Shown piece by piece: positions 1-8,518 of a DNA stretch of 64,000 nt. The position numbers were made by a program, and so were the translations under genes. The notes beneath the pieces are model-generated. The model was not told the origin of the DNA. It did no database searches and was given only the letters and a program-made list of their open reading frames with translations. The stretch comes from an uncultured Chloroflexia bacterium (GTDB taxonomy: Bacteria; Chloroflexota; Limnocylindria; QHBO01), in contig CAWHAZ010000005.1 of assembly GCA_963827475.1 (NCBI GenBank), positions 864,001 through 928,000 on the forward strand, given 5' to 3'. The stretch's first letter is position 1; every line of letters starts with the position of its first letter.

Positions 1-846
1 ACGACGCTGGCAACGATCGTGGCGGCGGAGGTCGGCGCGCAGCTGCGGACGACGTCGGGGCCGGCCATCGAGCGGGCCGGAGACCTGGCCGCCATCCTGA
101 CCGGCCTCCAGCGCGGCGACGTCCTGTTCATCGACGAGATCCACCGCCTGTCGCACGTCGTCGAGGAGGTGCTCTACCCGGCGATGGAGGACTTCGCGCT
201 CGACATCGTGCTGGGCAAGGGCCCGGGAGCGCGGACGGTTCGGCTCCAGATCGAGCCGATCACGATCATCGGGGCCACCACCCGGGTGGGGAGCATCACC
301 GGACCGCTGCGCGACCGCTTCGGGGTCACCCATCGGCTCGACTACTACACCGATGCCGACCTGGTCACCATCCTCCACCGCAGCGCCGGGATCCTCGAGA
401 TTCCGTTGGACGGCGACGCGGCCACGCTCATCGCGCGCCGCAGCCGGGGCACGCCCCGGATCGCGAACCGGCTGCTCAAACGGGTCCGCGACTACGCGCA
501 GGTCCGTGGCGACGGGGACGGGCGAGCGACAACGGCCGCCGCGGAGGCGGCCCTCGATCTGCTCGATATCGACAAGCGGGGGCTCGACGCGCTCGACCGT
601 CAGCTGCTGACCGCGATGGCCGAGCACCACGGCGGGGGACCGGTCGGCCTCCAGACCATGGCCGCCACCATCAGCGAGCCGGTGGAGACGATCGAGGACG
701 TCGTCGAGCCGTACCTCATCCAGGCGGGCCTGCTGGCGCGGACCTCGCGCGGTCGCCTGTTGACGCCCACCGCCTGGACCCACCTGGGGATGACGCCCCC
801 CGCCGAGGCGCTGACCGCGAGCGCGCAACCGGGCCTGTTCGACTGA
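1..846 (+). CDS. ruvB: Holliday junction branch migration helicase RuvB (5' truncated by window edge)
   Basis: Motifs [58 protein letters not shown]; frame is open from position 1. Confidence 0.98.
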   Translation, partial: TTLATIVAAEVGAQLRTTSGPAIERAGDLAAILTGLQRGDVLFIDEIHRLSHVVEEVLYPAMEDFALDIVLGKGPGARTVRLQIEPITIIGATTRVGSITGPLRDRFGVTHRLDYYTDADLVTILHRSAGILEIPLDGDAATLIARRSRGTPRIANRLLKRVRDYAQVRGDGDGRATTAAAEAALDLLDIDKRGLDALDRQLLTAMAEHHGGGPVGLQTMAATISEPVETIEDVVEPYLIQAGLLARTSRGRLLTPTAWTHLGMTPPAEALTASAQPGLFD

Positions 847-1005
847 ATTTCGGGCCCCTGCCGCACGAATCGGTGCGGTCGGGGACAGCCGCGCAGAAAT
901 CCGCCGATATCCACATTCTGGCCCGCTACGATCCGGCTCCGGGTCGCGTCACGCACCCAGCCCTTGGTGCGGCGTCGGCCCAGGGAAGAGGAGGGTCCCC
1001 ATAAC

Positions 1006-2350
1006 GTGGATTCGTTCTTCAAGTTCACGGAACGGGGTACAAACGTCGGCACCGAGATCCGGGCCGGCGTAACCACTTTCTTGGTGATGGTCTATATCGT
1101 GGCCCTCAACCCGGCGATCATCGCCGGGCCGATGGGTCTCGATCCAGTCGCGGTGGCGGCGGGGACCGCGCTGGTGGCCGGAATCATGACCCTGGCCATG
1201 GGCCTCATCACCAACTATCCCTTCGCCCTGGCCGCCGGCCTCGGTCTGAACGCGGCGGTTGCGTTCGGCCTGGTGCTCGGCCTGGGCATGACGGCCGCCC
1301 AGGCCATGGGCGTGATCGTCATCGAAGGTCTCATCATCTCGTTGCTGGTCATCGTCGGCCTGCGCGAGGCGATCATGAACGCGGTGCCACTGGGCCTGAA
1401 GCGGGCCATCGGCGTGGGCATCGGCCTGTTCATCCTGTTCATCGGCTTCTGGGATGGCGGGATGATCGTCGGGGTTACGCCGGAATTCGCTCCGCCGCCC
1501 CCGCCGCTCGCGTTCCAGTTCCCGACCGATCCGGCCGACTTCGTCTTCCTGGCCGGCCTGCTCCTGACCTTCGCGCTCTGGACCCTGAAGGTGAGGGGCG
1601 CGCTGATCATCAGCATCGCAGCGACCACCATCCTGGCCATCATCACCGGGGTGCAGGCCATTCCGGATGAGTTCGTGTGGACGCCGAGCTTCAGCACGCT
1701 GGGCCTGGGCCTCCAGGACCTGGCGGGGATCTTCACCATCGAGGCCGGCGTGCTGGCCGCGATCCTGGCGATCTTCACCATCATGCTCAGCGACTTCTTC
1801 GACACGATGGGCACCGTGACCGGCATCTCCGCCGAGGCGGGTCTCGCCGAGGAAGACGGCACGGTTCCGGGCGTCGGACGCGTCCTCCTGGTCGACGGCC
1901 TGGCGGCCGCGGTTGGTGGTGCGGCTGGCGTCAGCTCGAACACGACGCTACATCGAGAGCGCGGCTGGAGTGGGGGAGGGCGGACGGACCGGCATGACGG
2001 CCGTCGTCGTCGGCCTCCTGTTCCTCGCCGCGATCTTCCTGGCACCGATCGTCCAGATCATCCCGCTGGTGGCCACGGCCCCGGCCCTGGTCCTGGTCGG
2101 CTACCTGATGTTCACCCAGATCGGCGAGATCGACGTTCGGGACATCTATATCGGTCTCCCGGCGCTCCTGATCATGATCCTGATGCCGTTGACCTTCACG
2201 ATCACGATCGGCATCGGCGCCGGCCTCGTCGTATGGGTCTTCCTCAAGGTCATCGGGCGCCAGGCCCGGGACGTCCACTGGCTGATGTGGATCGTCTTCC
2301 TGGCGTTCCTGGTGTACTTCGCGCAGGCGCTGATCCAGACGTACATCTAG
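1006..2350 (+). CDS. NCS2/AzgA-family purine permease; frameshift near 1950 (likely sequencing indel)
   Basis: TEIRAGVTTF, NYPFALAAGLGLNA, DFFDTMGT in ORF 964-2370; continues as YIESAAGVGEGGRTG...ATAPAL in ORF 1913-2350; GAGGAGG RBS before GTG at 1006. Confidence 0.93.
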
Positions 2351-2368
2351 CGCCTGCCTCAAACCGAT

Positions 2369-2399
2369 GACGCCCGGCCGGGCCATCCGGCCGGGCGTC
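2369..2399 (+). terminator. 13-bp perfect inverted repeat after the permease, probable terminator
   Basis: gacgcccggccgg-gccat-ccggccgggcgtc; weak U tract. Confidence 0.6.
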
Positions 2400-2434
2400 G
2401 CACTGTTCCCCGTCGATCGGACTAGCCTGTTGTC

Positions 2435-3508
2435 GTGACCGATGCCTCCGAACGCCGTCTTCGGGTCGACGACTTCGACTACGAGCTGCCGACCGACGCT
2501 GTCGCCCAGTCGCCGGCCGAGCCGCGAGACGCCAGCCGGTTGCTGGTCTTCGATCGCGCTGCCTCCACGCCGGGGCAGCCCGCGCTGACCGAGGGACGCT
2601 TCGCGGACATCGGCCGATGGCTGCACCGCGGTGACCTCCTGGTCGTCAACGACAGCCGCGTGCTGCGGGCCCGGCTCCGCGGACGGCGCTCCGGCGGGGG
2701 AGCGACCGAGGTCCTGCTCCTCCGTCCACTGTCCCACGGGCAATGGGAGGCCCTCGTCCGGCCCGGTCGCCGCCTGCGACCGGGCGCATCGGTCCAGCTC
2801 ACGAACGGCGACACCCTGACCGTGGGCGATGCGGTGGGGGAGGGGACGCGGGCGGTGACCCTGACGCGCGACCCGATCGAGCTCATGGACGAGATCGGCG
2901 AGATGCCCCTGCCGCCGTACATCACCGCCGGCGATGCGCCCGACGACCGGTACCAGACCGTCTACGCCGAGCCGCCCGGCTCGGCGGCCGCTCCGACGGC
3001 TGGCCTCCACTTCACGCCGCGCCTCCTGGACGAGCTCGCGCAGGGGGGCGTCGAGCGCGCGGCAGTGACGCTCCACGTGGGGCTGGACACGTTCCAGCCG
3101 CTGGACGGCACGTACGTCGACGAGCACCACATCCACCGCGAGTGGTACGTCGTGCCGGACGCGACCCGGTCGGCCATCGTCCGGACGAAGACCGGTGGCG
3201 GCCGGGTGGTGGCGGTCGGGACCACGACGGCCAGGGTCCTCGAGACGCTCGCCCAGACGGGCGACCCCCAGGGTTGGACCGACCTGTTCATCGCCCCGCC
3301 CCACGCCTTTCGGTCGGTGGACGCGCTGGTGACCAACTTCCATCTGCCGCGCAGCTCGCTGCTGCTGCTGGTGACCGCGTTCGTCCAGGACGGGATGCAG
3401 GGCACGAGCGCGCTCGAGGCCCGTGACACGCTGCTCGCCGCCTATCGGTCCGCGCTGGAGCGCGGCTTCCGGTTCTACTCGTTCGGGGACGCGATGCTCG
3501 TCCGCTGA
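2435..3508 (+). CDS. queA: S-adenosylmethionine:tRNA ribosyltransferase-isomerase
   Basis: DFDYELP, PLPPYI, YQTVYA, AAPTAGLHFT, TNFHLPRSSL, FYSFGDAM. Confidence 0.98.
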   Translation: MTDASERRLRVDDFDYELPTDAVAQSPAEPRDASRLLVFDRAASTPGQPALTEGRFADIGRWLHRGDLLVVNDSRVLRARLRGRRSGGGATEVLLLRPLSHGQWEALVRPGRRLRPGASVQLTNGDTLTVGDAVGEGTRAVTLTRDPIELMDEIGEMPLPPYITAGDAPDDRYQTVYAEPPGSAAAPTAGLHFTPRLLDELAQGGVERAAVTLHVGLDTFQPLDGTYVDEHHIHREWYVVPDATRSAIVRTKTGGGRVVAVGTTTARVLETLAQTGDPQGWTDLFIAPPHAFRSVDALVTNFHLPRSSLLLLVTAFVQDGMQGTSALEARDTLLAAYRSALERGFRFYSFGDAMLVR

Positions 3509-3538
3509 CCGGGCTTCCCCGGCCGGTATCCTCGGCAC

Positions 3539-4711
3539 GTGCCGCCACCCATCAGCTTCGAGGTCCGGCCCACGGGCGTCGGCCGCGCCCGCCTGGGTCG
3601 GCTGGACACGCCGCACGGCACCGTGGACACGCCGCAGTTCATGCCAGTCGGAACCCAGGCCACGGTAAAGGCGGTCACCCCGCGCGACCTCCGCCAGGCC
3701 GGAACCACCATCCTGCTCGCCAACACCTACCACCTCACCCTCCGGCCGGGAGAGGAGCGGATCGCCCGGTTGGGCGGACTGCACGAATTCATGGCCTGGG
3801 ACGGACCGATCCTCACCGACTCCGGTGGCTACCAGGTCTTCAGCCTCGGCCATCTGCGAACGGTGGACGACGATGGCGTGACCTTCGCCTCGCACCTCGA
3901 TGGATCGGCAGTCCGCCTCACCCCGGAACGGGCGATCGAGATCCAGGAGGCACTGGGCAGTGACATCGCCATGGTCCTGGACCACCTGGTCGGGTCGGAC
4001 GCGCCGCCGGGCGAGACGTCGGCGGCCATGGACCGGACGCACGCCTGGGCGGCTCGTTCCCTCGCGTCCCGGCGGCGGGCCGACCAGGCGGTGTTCGGGA
4101 TCATCCAGGGCGGGGTGGATCGCTCCCTGCGGCAGGCGTCAGCCCGCGCCATCGGCGGGCTGCCCTTCGACGGCATCGCCATCGGTGGCCTGTCGGTCGG
4201 GGAGTCGAAGGCGGACATGGCCGCGGCCCTGGAAACGGTCGCCGACGCGCTGGCCGACGACCCGCGTCCGCGCTACCTGATGGGGGTCGGGTCGCCGGAG
4301 GATTTCTTCGTCGCCATCGAGCATGGGGTGGACCTGTTCGACTGCGTGCTCCCCACCCGCCTGGCGCGCCACGGGCAGCTGTGGACCTCGGAAGGGCGTC
4401 TCCGGCTGGCGAACACGGCGGTCCAGGACGACCCCCGCCCGGTGGACGCAGCCTGCGGCTGCGAGACCTGCCGCGACTACTCCCGGGCATACCTCGCCCA
4501 CCTGTTCCGGGCCGGGGAGCTGCTCGTCCATCGGCTCACTTCGGTCCATAACCTCACCTATACTCTCGACCTGATGCGGGCCATCCGCCAGGCGCTCACG
4601 GATGGCGGCTACGAGGCCCTTCGCGACCGCGTGACAGGCCAGTTCGCGGCTCCGGACGACGACCCGCAATCAAGCAGTAACGAGCCGATACAGGACGCTG
4701 TCCGAGACTGA
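3539..4711 (+). CDS. tgt: tRNA-guanine transglycosylase
   Basis: TPQFMPVGT, ANTYHL, TDSGGYQVFSL, GGLSVGE, PRYLMGVG, DCVLPTR, zinc site CGCETC...HN. Confidence 0.98.
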   Translation: MPPPISFEVRPTGVGRARLGRLDTPHGTVDTPQFMPVGTQATVKAVTPRDLRQAGTTILLANTYHLTLRPGEERIARLGGLHEFMAWDGPILTDSGGYQVFSLGHLRTVDDDGVTFASHLDGSAVRLTPERAIEIQEALGSDIAMVLDHLVGSDAPPGETSAAMDRTHAWAARSLASRRRADQAVFGIIQGGVDRSLRQASARAIGGLPFDGIAIGGLSVGESKADMAAALETVADALADDPRPRYLMGVGSPEDFFVAIEHGVDLFDCVLPTRLARHGQLWTSEGRLRLANTAVQDDPRPVDAACGCETCRDYSRAYLAHLFRAGELLVHRLTSVHNLTYTLDLMRAIRQALTDGGYEALRDRVTGQFAAPDDDPQSSSNEPIQDAVRD

Positions 4712-4749
4712 TCCTGCGTCGGACATCGACAGGGACGAGTGATACGCCG

Positions 4750-4899
4750 ATGGGCAATCGAGACCGCCCCAAGAAGCAGCCGAAGCGCCAGAAGAAGGAC
4801 AAGGCCCACAAGGCCGCGCCGCCGATGGTCTACGAGCCCACGACGGTGGAGGTCATCAAGCCGACCCGCAAGCCGCGCGACGAACCCGACGCCGGGTGA
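4750..4899 (+). CDS. Small basic hypothetical protein, 49 aa ([49 protein letters not shown])
   Basis: Translated by hand; ATG 4750 to TGA 4899, mostly G/C third codon positions, fills the tgt-recA gap; below the ORF-track cutoff. Confidence 0.6.
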   Translation: MGNRDRPKKQPKRQKKDKAHKAAPPMVYEPTTVEVIKPTRKPRDEPDAG

Positions 4900-4943
4900 C
4901 CCGCGAAGCCACCCGAGCAGTCAGGAAGGAGCCCGGATCCCGC

Positions 4944-6056
4944 ATGGACGCGACAGCGGCCGCCCCCAAGACCAAGGCCAACGGGGAGAAGAACCCGGCC
5001 AACGGCGAGCGCGCCCGCGCGGTCGATGCGGCCATCCTCCAGATCGAGAAGCAGTTCGGGCAGGGCGCGATCATGCGGCTCGGCGACACCGGTGCGCGGA
5101 TGGCGGTCGATGTCATTCCGACCGGGTCGATCGCGCTCGACCTCGCCCTCGGCGTGGGCGGCGTGCCGCGCGGCCGGATCACGGAGATCTTCGGCCCCGA
5201 GTCGAGCGGCAAGACGACCCTGTGCTACCACATCGCCGCCAACGCCCAGAAGACCGGCGGGATCGTGGCCTTCATCGACGCCGAGCACGCGCTGGACCCG
5301 GGGTACGCCCGCAACCTGGGCGTCAACGTGGACGAGCTGCTCGTCAGCCAGCCGGACACCGGGGAGCAGGCACTCGAGATCGCGGAGACCCTCATTCGGA
5401 GCAGCGGCGTGGACGTCGTCATCGTCGACTCGGTGGCGGCCCTCGTGCCGCGGGCGGAGATCGAAGGCGAGATGGGGGACTCCTTCGTCGGCCTCCAGGC
5501 CCGGCTCATGAGCCAGGCGCTGCGCAAGCTCACCGGCGCCGTGAGCCGCTCGAACACGGCGCTGGTCTTCACCAACCAGCTGCGCGAAAAGATCGGGGTC
5601 ATGTTCGGCAACCCCGAGACCACGCCCGGCGGCCGCGCCCTGAAGTTCTACGCCTCGATCCGGATGGACATCCGTCGGATCGAGACGCTGAAGAACGGGA
5701 CCGATGCGTTCGGCAGCCGGACCCGGGTCAAGGTCGTGAAGAACAAGGTCGCCTCGCCTTTCCGGATCGCGGAGTTCGACATCCTCTACAACGAGGGCAT
5801 CTCCCGCGAGGGCGGCCTGCTCGACGTCGGGATCGCGTCGGGCGTGCTGTCGAAGACGGGCGCGTGGTTCAACTACGGCGACACCCGCCTCGGCAACGGC
5901 CGCGAGGCGGCGCGCGAGTTCCTGAAGGCCAACCCCGGCATGGCCGACGCGATCGAGGACGAGATCCGCGGCCGGGTGGCGGCCATCACCATCGGCGACG
6001 ACGGGACGGTGCCCGAGTCGGAGTCGGCGACCGCGGAGTCCGCGACCCCGGCCTGA
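4944..6056 (+). CDS. recA: Recombinase RecA
   Basis: [52 protein letters not shown]; AGGAAGGAG RBS upstream of ATG 4944. Confidence 0.99.
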   Translation: MDATAAAPKTKANGEKNPANGERARAVDAAILQIEKQFGQGAIMRLGDTGARMAVDVIPTGSIALDLALGVGGVPRGRITEIFGPESSGKTTLCYHIAANAQKTGGIVAFIDAEHALDPGYARNLGVNVDELLVSQPDTGEQALEIAETLIRSSGVDVVIVDSVAALVPRAEIEGEMGDSFVGLQARLMSQALRKLTGAVSRSNTALVFTNQLREKIGVMFGNPETTPGGRALKFYASIRMDIRRIETLKNGTDAFGSRTRVKVVKNKVASPFRIAEFDILYNEGISREGGLLDVGIASGVLSKTGAWFNYGDTRLGNGREAAREFLKANPGMADAIEDEIRGRVAAITIGDDGTVPESESATAESATPA

Positions 6057-6060
6057 CCGG

Positions 6061-6633
6061 GTGACAACGCCTCGGAAGCGCGCGGGGAGGGCCTCGGAGC
6101 CGAAGCCTCCGCCGGATCCCGAGCAGGCGTTCGAGATCGCGGGACGCTTCCTCGGGACGCGGCCTCGCTCTCGCTGGGAAGTCGAGCAGCGGCTTCGCCG
6201 TGCCGGCGCGTCCGACGAGGTGGTGGCCGCCACGCTCGAGCGCCTGGAGCGGATCGGGTTCGTGGACGACGAGGCCTTCGCCCGGTGGTGGGTGGAGCAG
6301 CGCGATCGCCACGCCCCGCGCGGACGGATGGCGCTCGAATCTGAGTTGCGGGCCAAGCGGCTGTCGCCGGCGGTCATCGCGTCGCTGCGGGACGCGCCGG
6401 ACGGGGAGCTGCCGGCCACCGATGACGAGCGGGCGGCCGCCGCGCTTGACCGGCACCTGAAGGGACGGCCGCTGCCAGAGGACCCGAAGGCGCTCCAGCG
6501 GCTCGGGATGTTCCTCGTGAGACGCGGCTTCGAGCCGGGCACGGCGCGGCGCGTCCTCCAGGCAGCTTCCGCCGAAAGTACTGGTGCCGAAAGTACTGCC
6601 GGAGGGGGTCGTTCCGCCGCGGACGAGGACTAG
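6061..6633 (+). CDS. recX: Regulatory protein RecX
   Basis: Directly after recA; RPRSRWEV..RL, GFVDDEAFA, LVRRGF. Confidence 0.93.
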   Translation: MTTPRKRAGRASEPKPPPDPEQAFEIAGRFLGTRPRSRWEVEQRLRRAGASDEVVAATLERLERIGFVDDEAFARWWVEQRDRHAPRGRMALESELRAKRLSPAVIASLRDAPDGELPATDDERAAAALDRHLKGRPLPEDPKALQRLGMFLVRRGFEPGTARRVLQAASAESTGAESTAGGGRSAADED

Positions 6634-6671
6634 CCTCGCATGAGGTGACGAGGCGCGTCACCAACAGGCGA

Positions 6672-6762
6672 TGGCCTGAAAAAGGCAAACCTGCCGCGAG
6701 GTGGGGACGCAAAGCCAAGGGTCTCGTGGTCGAACCCCACGAGACAGCCCGGCCGCCAGAAT
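6672..6762 (+). promoter_or_regulatory. Cyclic di-GMP-I (GEMM) riboswitch
   Basis: Matches the class consensus: GGCAAACC-tgcc-GCGA(GNRA)-ggtg-GGGACGCAAAGCC..GGGTCT..stem..AGACAGCC..GCC; G at the Vc2 G20-equivalent position (6684). Confidence 0.92.
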
Positions 6763-6793
6763 GCCCTCGCATCATTCTGTGAAGGGGAGAGTG

Positions 6794-8485
6794 ATGCAGG
6801 CAGTCAGCACCGCAGGCGCGGATGTCGACGGTCGACGCGACCGCGCCGCCGACCGCGCTCTGGTAACCCACATCGAGCTTCCCGCCGGTCCTGTTGCACG
6901 GCTGCGGATCCTCTTCGGCGTGTCCTGGGAATACTTCCGATCGGGCCCTTCATCCGGCGGGAGTCGGCCCTTTGGGCGTCCGCATCGCTTTGCGACTGCC
7001 CTGACCGCCTTTGCGCTCTTCGCCTCGGTCGTGGCGCCTTCCGCATCCATGGGCGCGACCTACGATCCGGCCACCGATCCGTACGCGATGTCCAACACGA
7101 CCCTCTTGATGGGCGCCGCCGCCTGGTGGCAGGCGGGATACACGGGCGCCGGGGTGGACGTCGCGGTCATCGACACGGGAGTCAACCCGGTCGAGGGACT
7201 GGCCACTCCCGGCAAGATCGTCTACGGCCCCGACCTGTCCCTGGAATCGCAGGCCGACGCCTACCGGCACCTCGACACCAATGGGCACGGGACGTTCATG
7301 GCGGGCCTGATCGCCGGCCGGGATTCCGGACTCCAGCAGCCGTACGCCTCCGCTCCGGCGTCGGCCTACCGGGGTGTCGCCCCGGATGCCCGAGTCGTGA
7401 GCCTCAAGGTGGGCGTCGCGGACGGCGGCGTCGATGTCTCGCAGGTGATCGCGGCCATCGACTGGGTCGTCCAGCATCGGTACGACAACGGGATGAACAT
7501 CCGCGTCATCAACCTGTCCTACGGGACGAACTCGACCCAGGATGCGATCTTCGATCCGCTGTCGTTCGCCGCCGAGCAGGCGTGGAAGAAGGGGATCGTG
7601 GTCGTGGCGGCCGGGGGCAACGCGGGCTTCCAGCGGCACATGAACAACGCGCCGGCCCTCGCCAACCCGGCGAATAACCGCTACCTGCTGGCCGTCGGCT
7701 CGACCGACTCGCTCGGCACCGCTGTGCTCGCCGACGACGTCGTCCCGGCGTTCTCGCCGTGGCCGAAGCGCGGCGCGACGAGGGGTGTCGACCTGGTCGC
7801 CCCGGGTGTCCGCCTCCAGGGCCTGCGCGTCCCGAACAGCTACATCGACCTCAACTACCCCGCGGGACAGCTCGGTGATCGCTTCTTCCGGGGCAGCGGC
7901 ACGTCGGAGTCGGCCGCACTCGTTTCGGGCGCCGTGGCGCTCGTCCTGCAGAAGTACCCCGACGCCACGCCGGACCAGGTCAAGGCGCTGCTCATGGGCA
8001 GCGGGTACGAGATCAATGCCAAGGCGCAGGCCATCGGCGGCGGTGAGGTCCAACTCACTCAGGCGCTCACCATGAACCTGCCGATCTCCGTGCAGATCTG
8101 GCCGTCCTCGGTCGGTACCGGATCGCTCGAGCTGGCCCGCGGCACGGACCACGTCTCCGACGATGGGGTCGTGCTGTCCGGCGAGCAGGACATCTTCGGC
8201 CACGAATTCAATTCGCCGGCCATGGCCGCTCTCGAAGCCGCAGGCAACTCGTGGTCCGGTGGCGTCTGGAACGGCAACAGCTGGTCGGGCAACTCGTGGT
8301 CCGGCAACTCGTGGTCCGGCAACAGCTGGAGTGGGAACAGCTGGTCGGGCAACTCGTGGTCCGGCAACAGCTGGAGTGGGAACAGCTGGTCGGGCAACTC
8401 GTGGTCCGGCAACAGCTGGAGTGGGAACAGCTGGTCGGGCAACTCGTGGTCCGGCAACAGCTGGAGCACGGGCGGCTGGAACTAG
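6794..8485 (+). CDS. S8 (subtilisin-family) serine peptidase with signal-like segment and C-terminal GNSWS repeats; start codon uncertain
   Basis: Catalytic triad VAVIDTG / NGHGTFMAG / GSGTSES; AAGGN oxyanion region; hydrophobic ATALTAFALFASVVAPSA; RBS GAAGGGGAG before GTG/ATG at 6791/6794. Confidence 0.93.
   Translation: MQAVSTAGADVDGRRDRAADRALVTHIELPAGPVARLRILFGVSWEYFRSGPSSGGSRPFGRPHRFATALTAFALFASVVAPSASMGATYDPATDPYAMSNTTLLMGAAAWWQAGYTGAGVDVAVIDTGVNPVEGLATPGKIVYGPDLSLESQADAYRHLDTNGHGTFMAGLIAGRDSGLQQPYASAPASAYRGVAPDARVVSLKVGVADGGVDVSQVIAAIDWVVQHRYDNGMNIRVINLSYGTNSTQDAIFDPLSFAAEQAWKKGIVVVAAGGNAGFQRHMNNAPALANPANNRYLLAVGSTDSLGTAVLADDVVPAFSPWPKRGATRGVDLVAPGVRLQGLRVPNSYIDLNYPAGQLGDRFFRGSGTSESAALVSGAVALVLQKYPDATPDQVKALLMGSGYEINAKAQAIGGGEVQLTQALTMNLPISVQIWPSSVGTGSLELARGTDHVSDDGVVLSGEQDIFGHEFNSPAMAALEAAGNSWSGGVWNGNSWSGNSWSGNSWSGNSWSGNSWSGNSWSGNSWSGNSWSGNSWSGNSWSGNSWSGNSWSGNSWSTGGWN
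8273..8467 (+). repeat. 13 tandem 15-bp units encoding (GNSWS)13, with a 45-bp higher-order period
   Basis: Units ggcaactcgtggtcc / ggcaacagctggagt / gggaacagctggtcg cycle from 8303 to 8467; one extra GNSWS at 8243-8257. Confidence 0.97.
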
Positions 8486-8518
8486 GCGGCTCAAGGCCCG
8501 GAGTGGGCTGACGACGCT

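Noticed and set aside
4700-4943. LexA (GAAC-N4-GTTC) box upstream of recA
   Set aside because: No convincing match seen by eye.
6570-6600. Short direct repeat gccgaaagtactg x2 near the edge of the inserted block, as a target-site duplication
   Set aside because: Both copies are adjacent inside the recX tail (AESTG/AESTA); no copy was seen at the other end of the block.
6672-6762. 3',3'-cGAMP (GEMM-Ib) riboswitch with a Hypr-type cyclase
   Set aside because: The discriminating position is G, and the cyclase keeps the canonical ND..GH..GD guanine-binding Asp.
6701-6793. ORF-track start of the S8 protease at 6701
   Set aside because: It lies inside the riboswitch aptamer; a good RBS sits at 6781-6789.
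8243-8467. GNSWS array as a CRISPR array
   Set aside because: Units are contiguous 15-mers with no unique spacers, vary only at synonymous positions, lie in frame in a CDS, and no cas genes are present.
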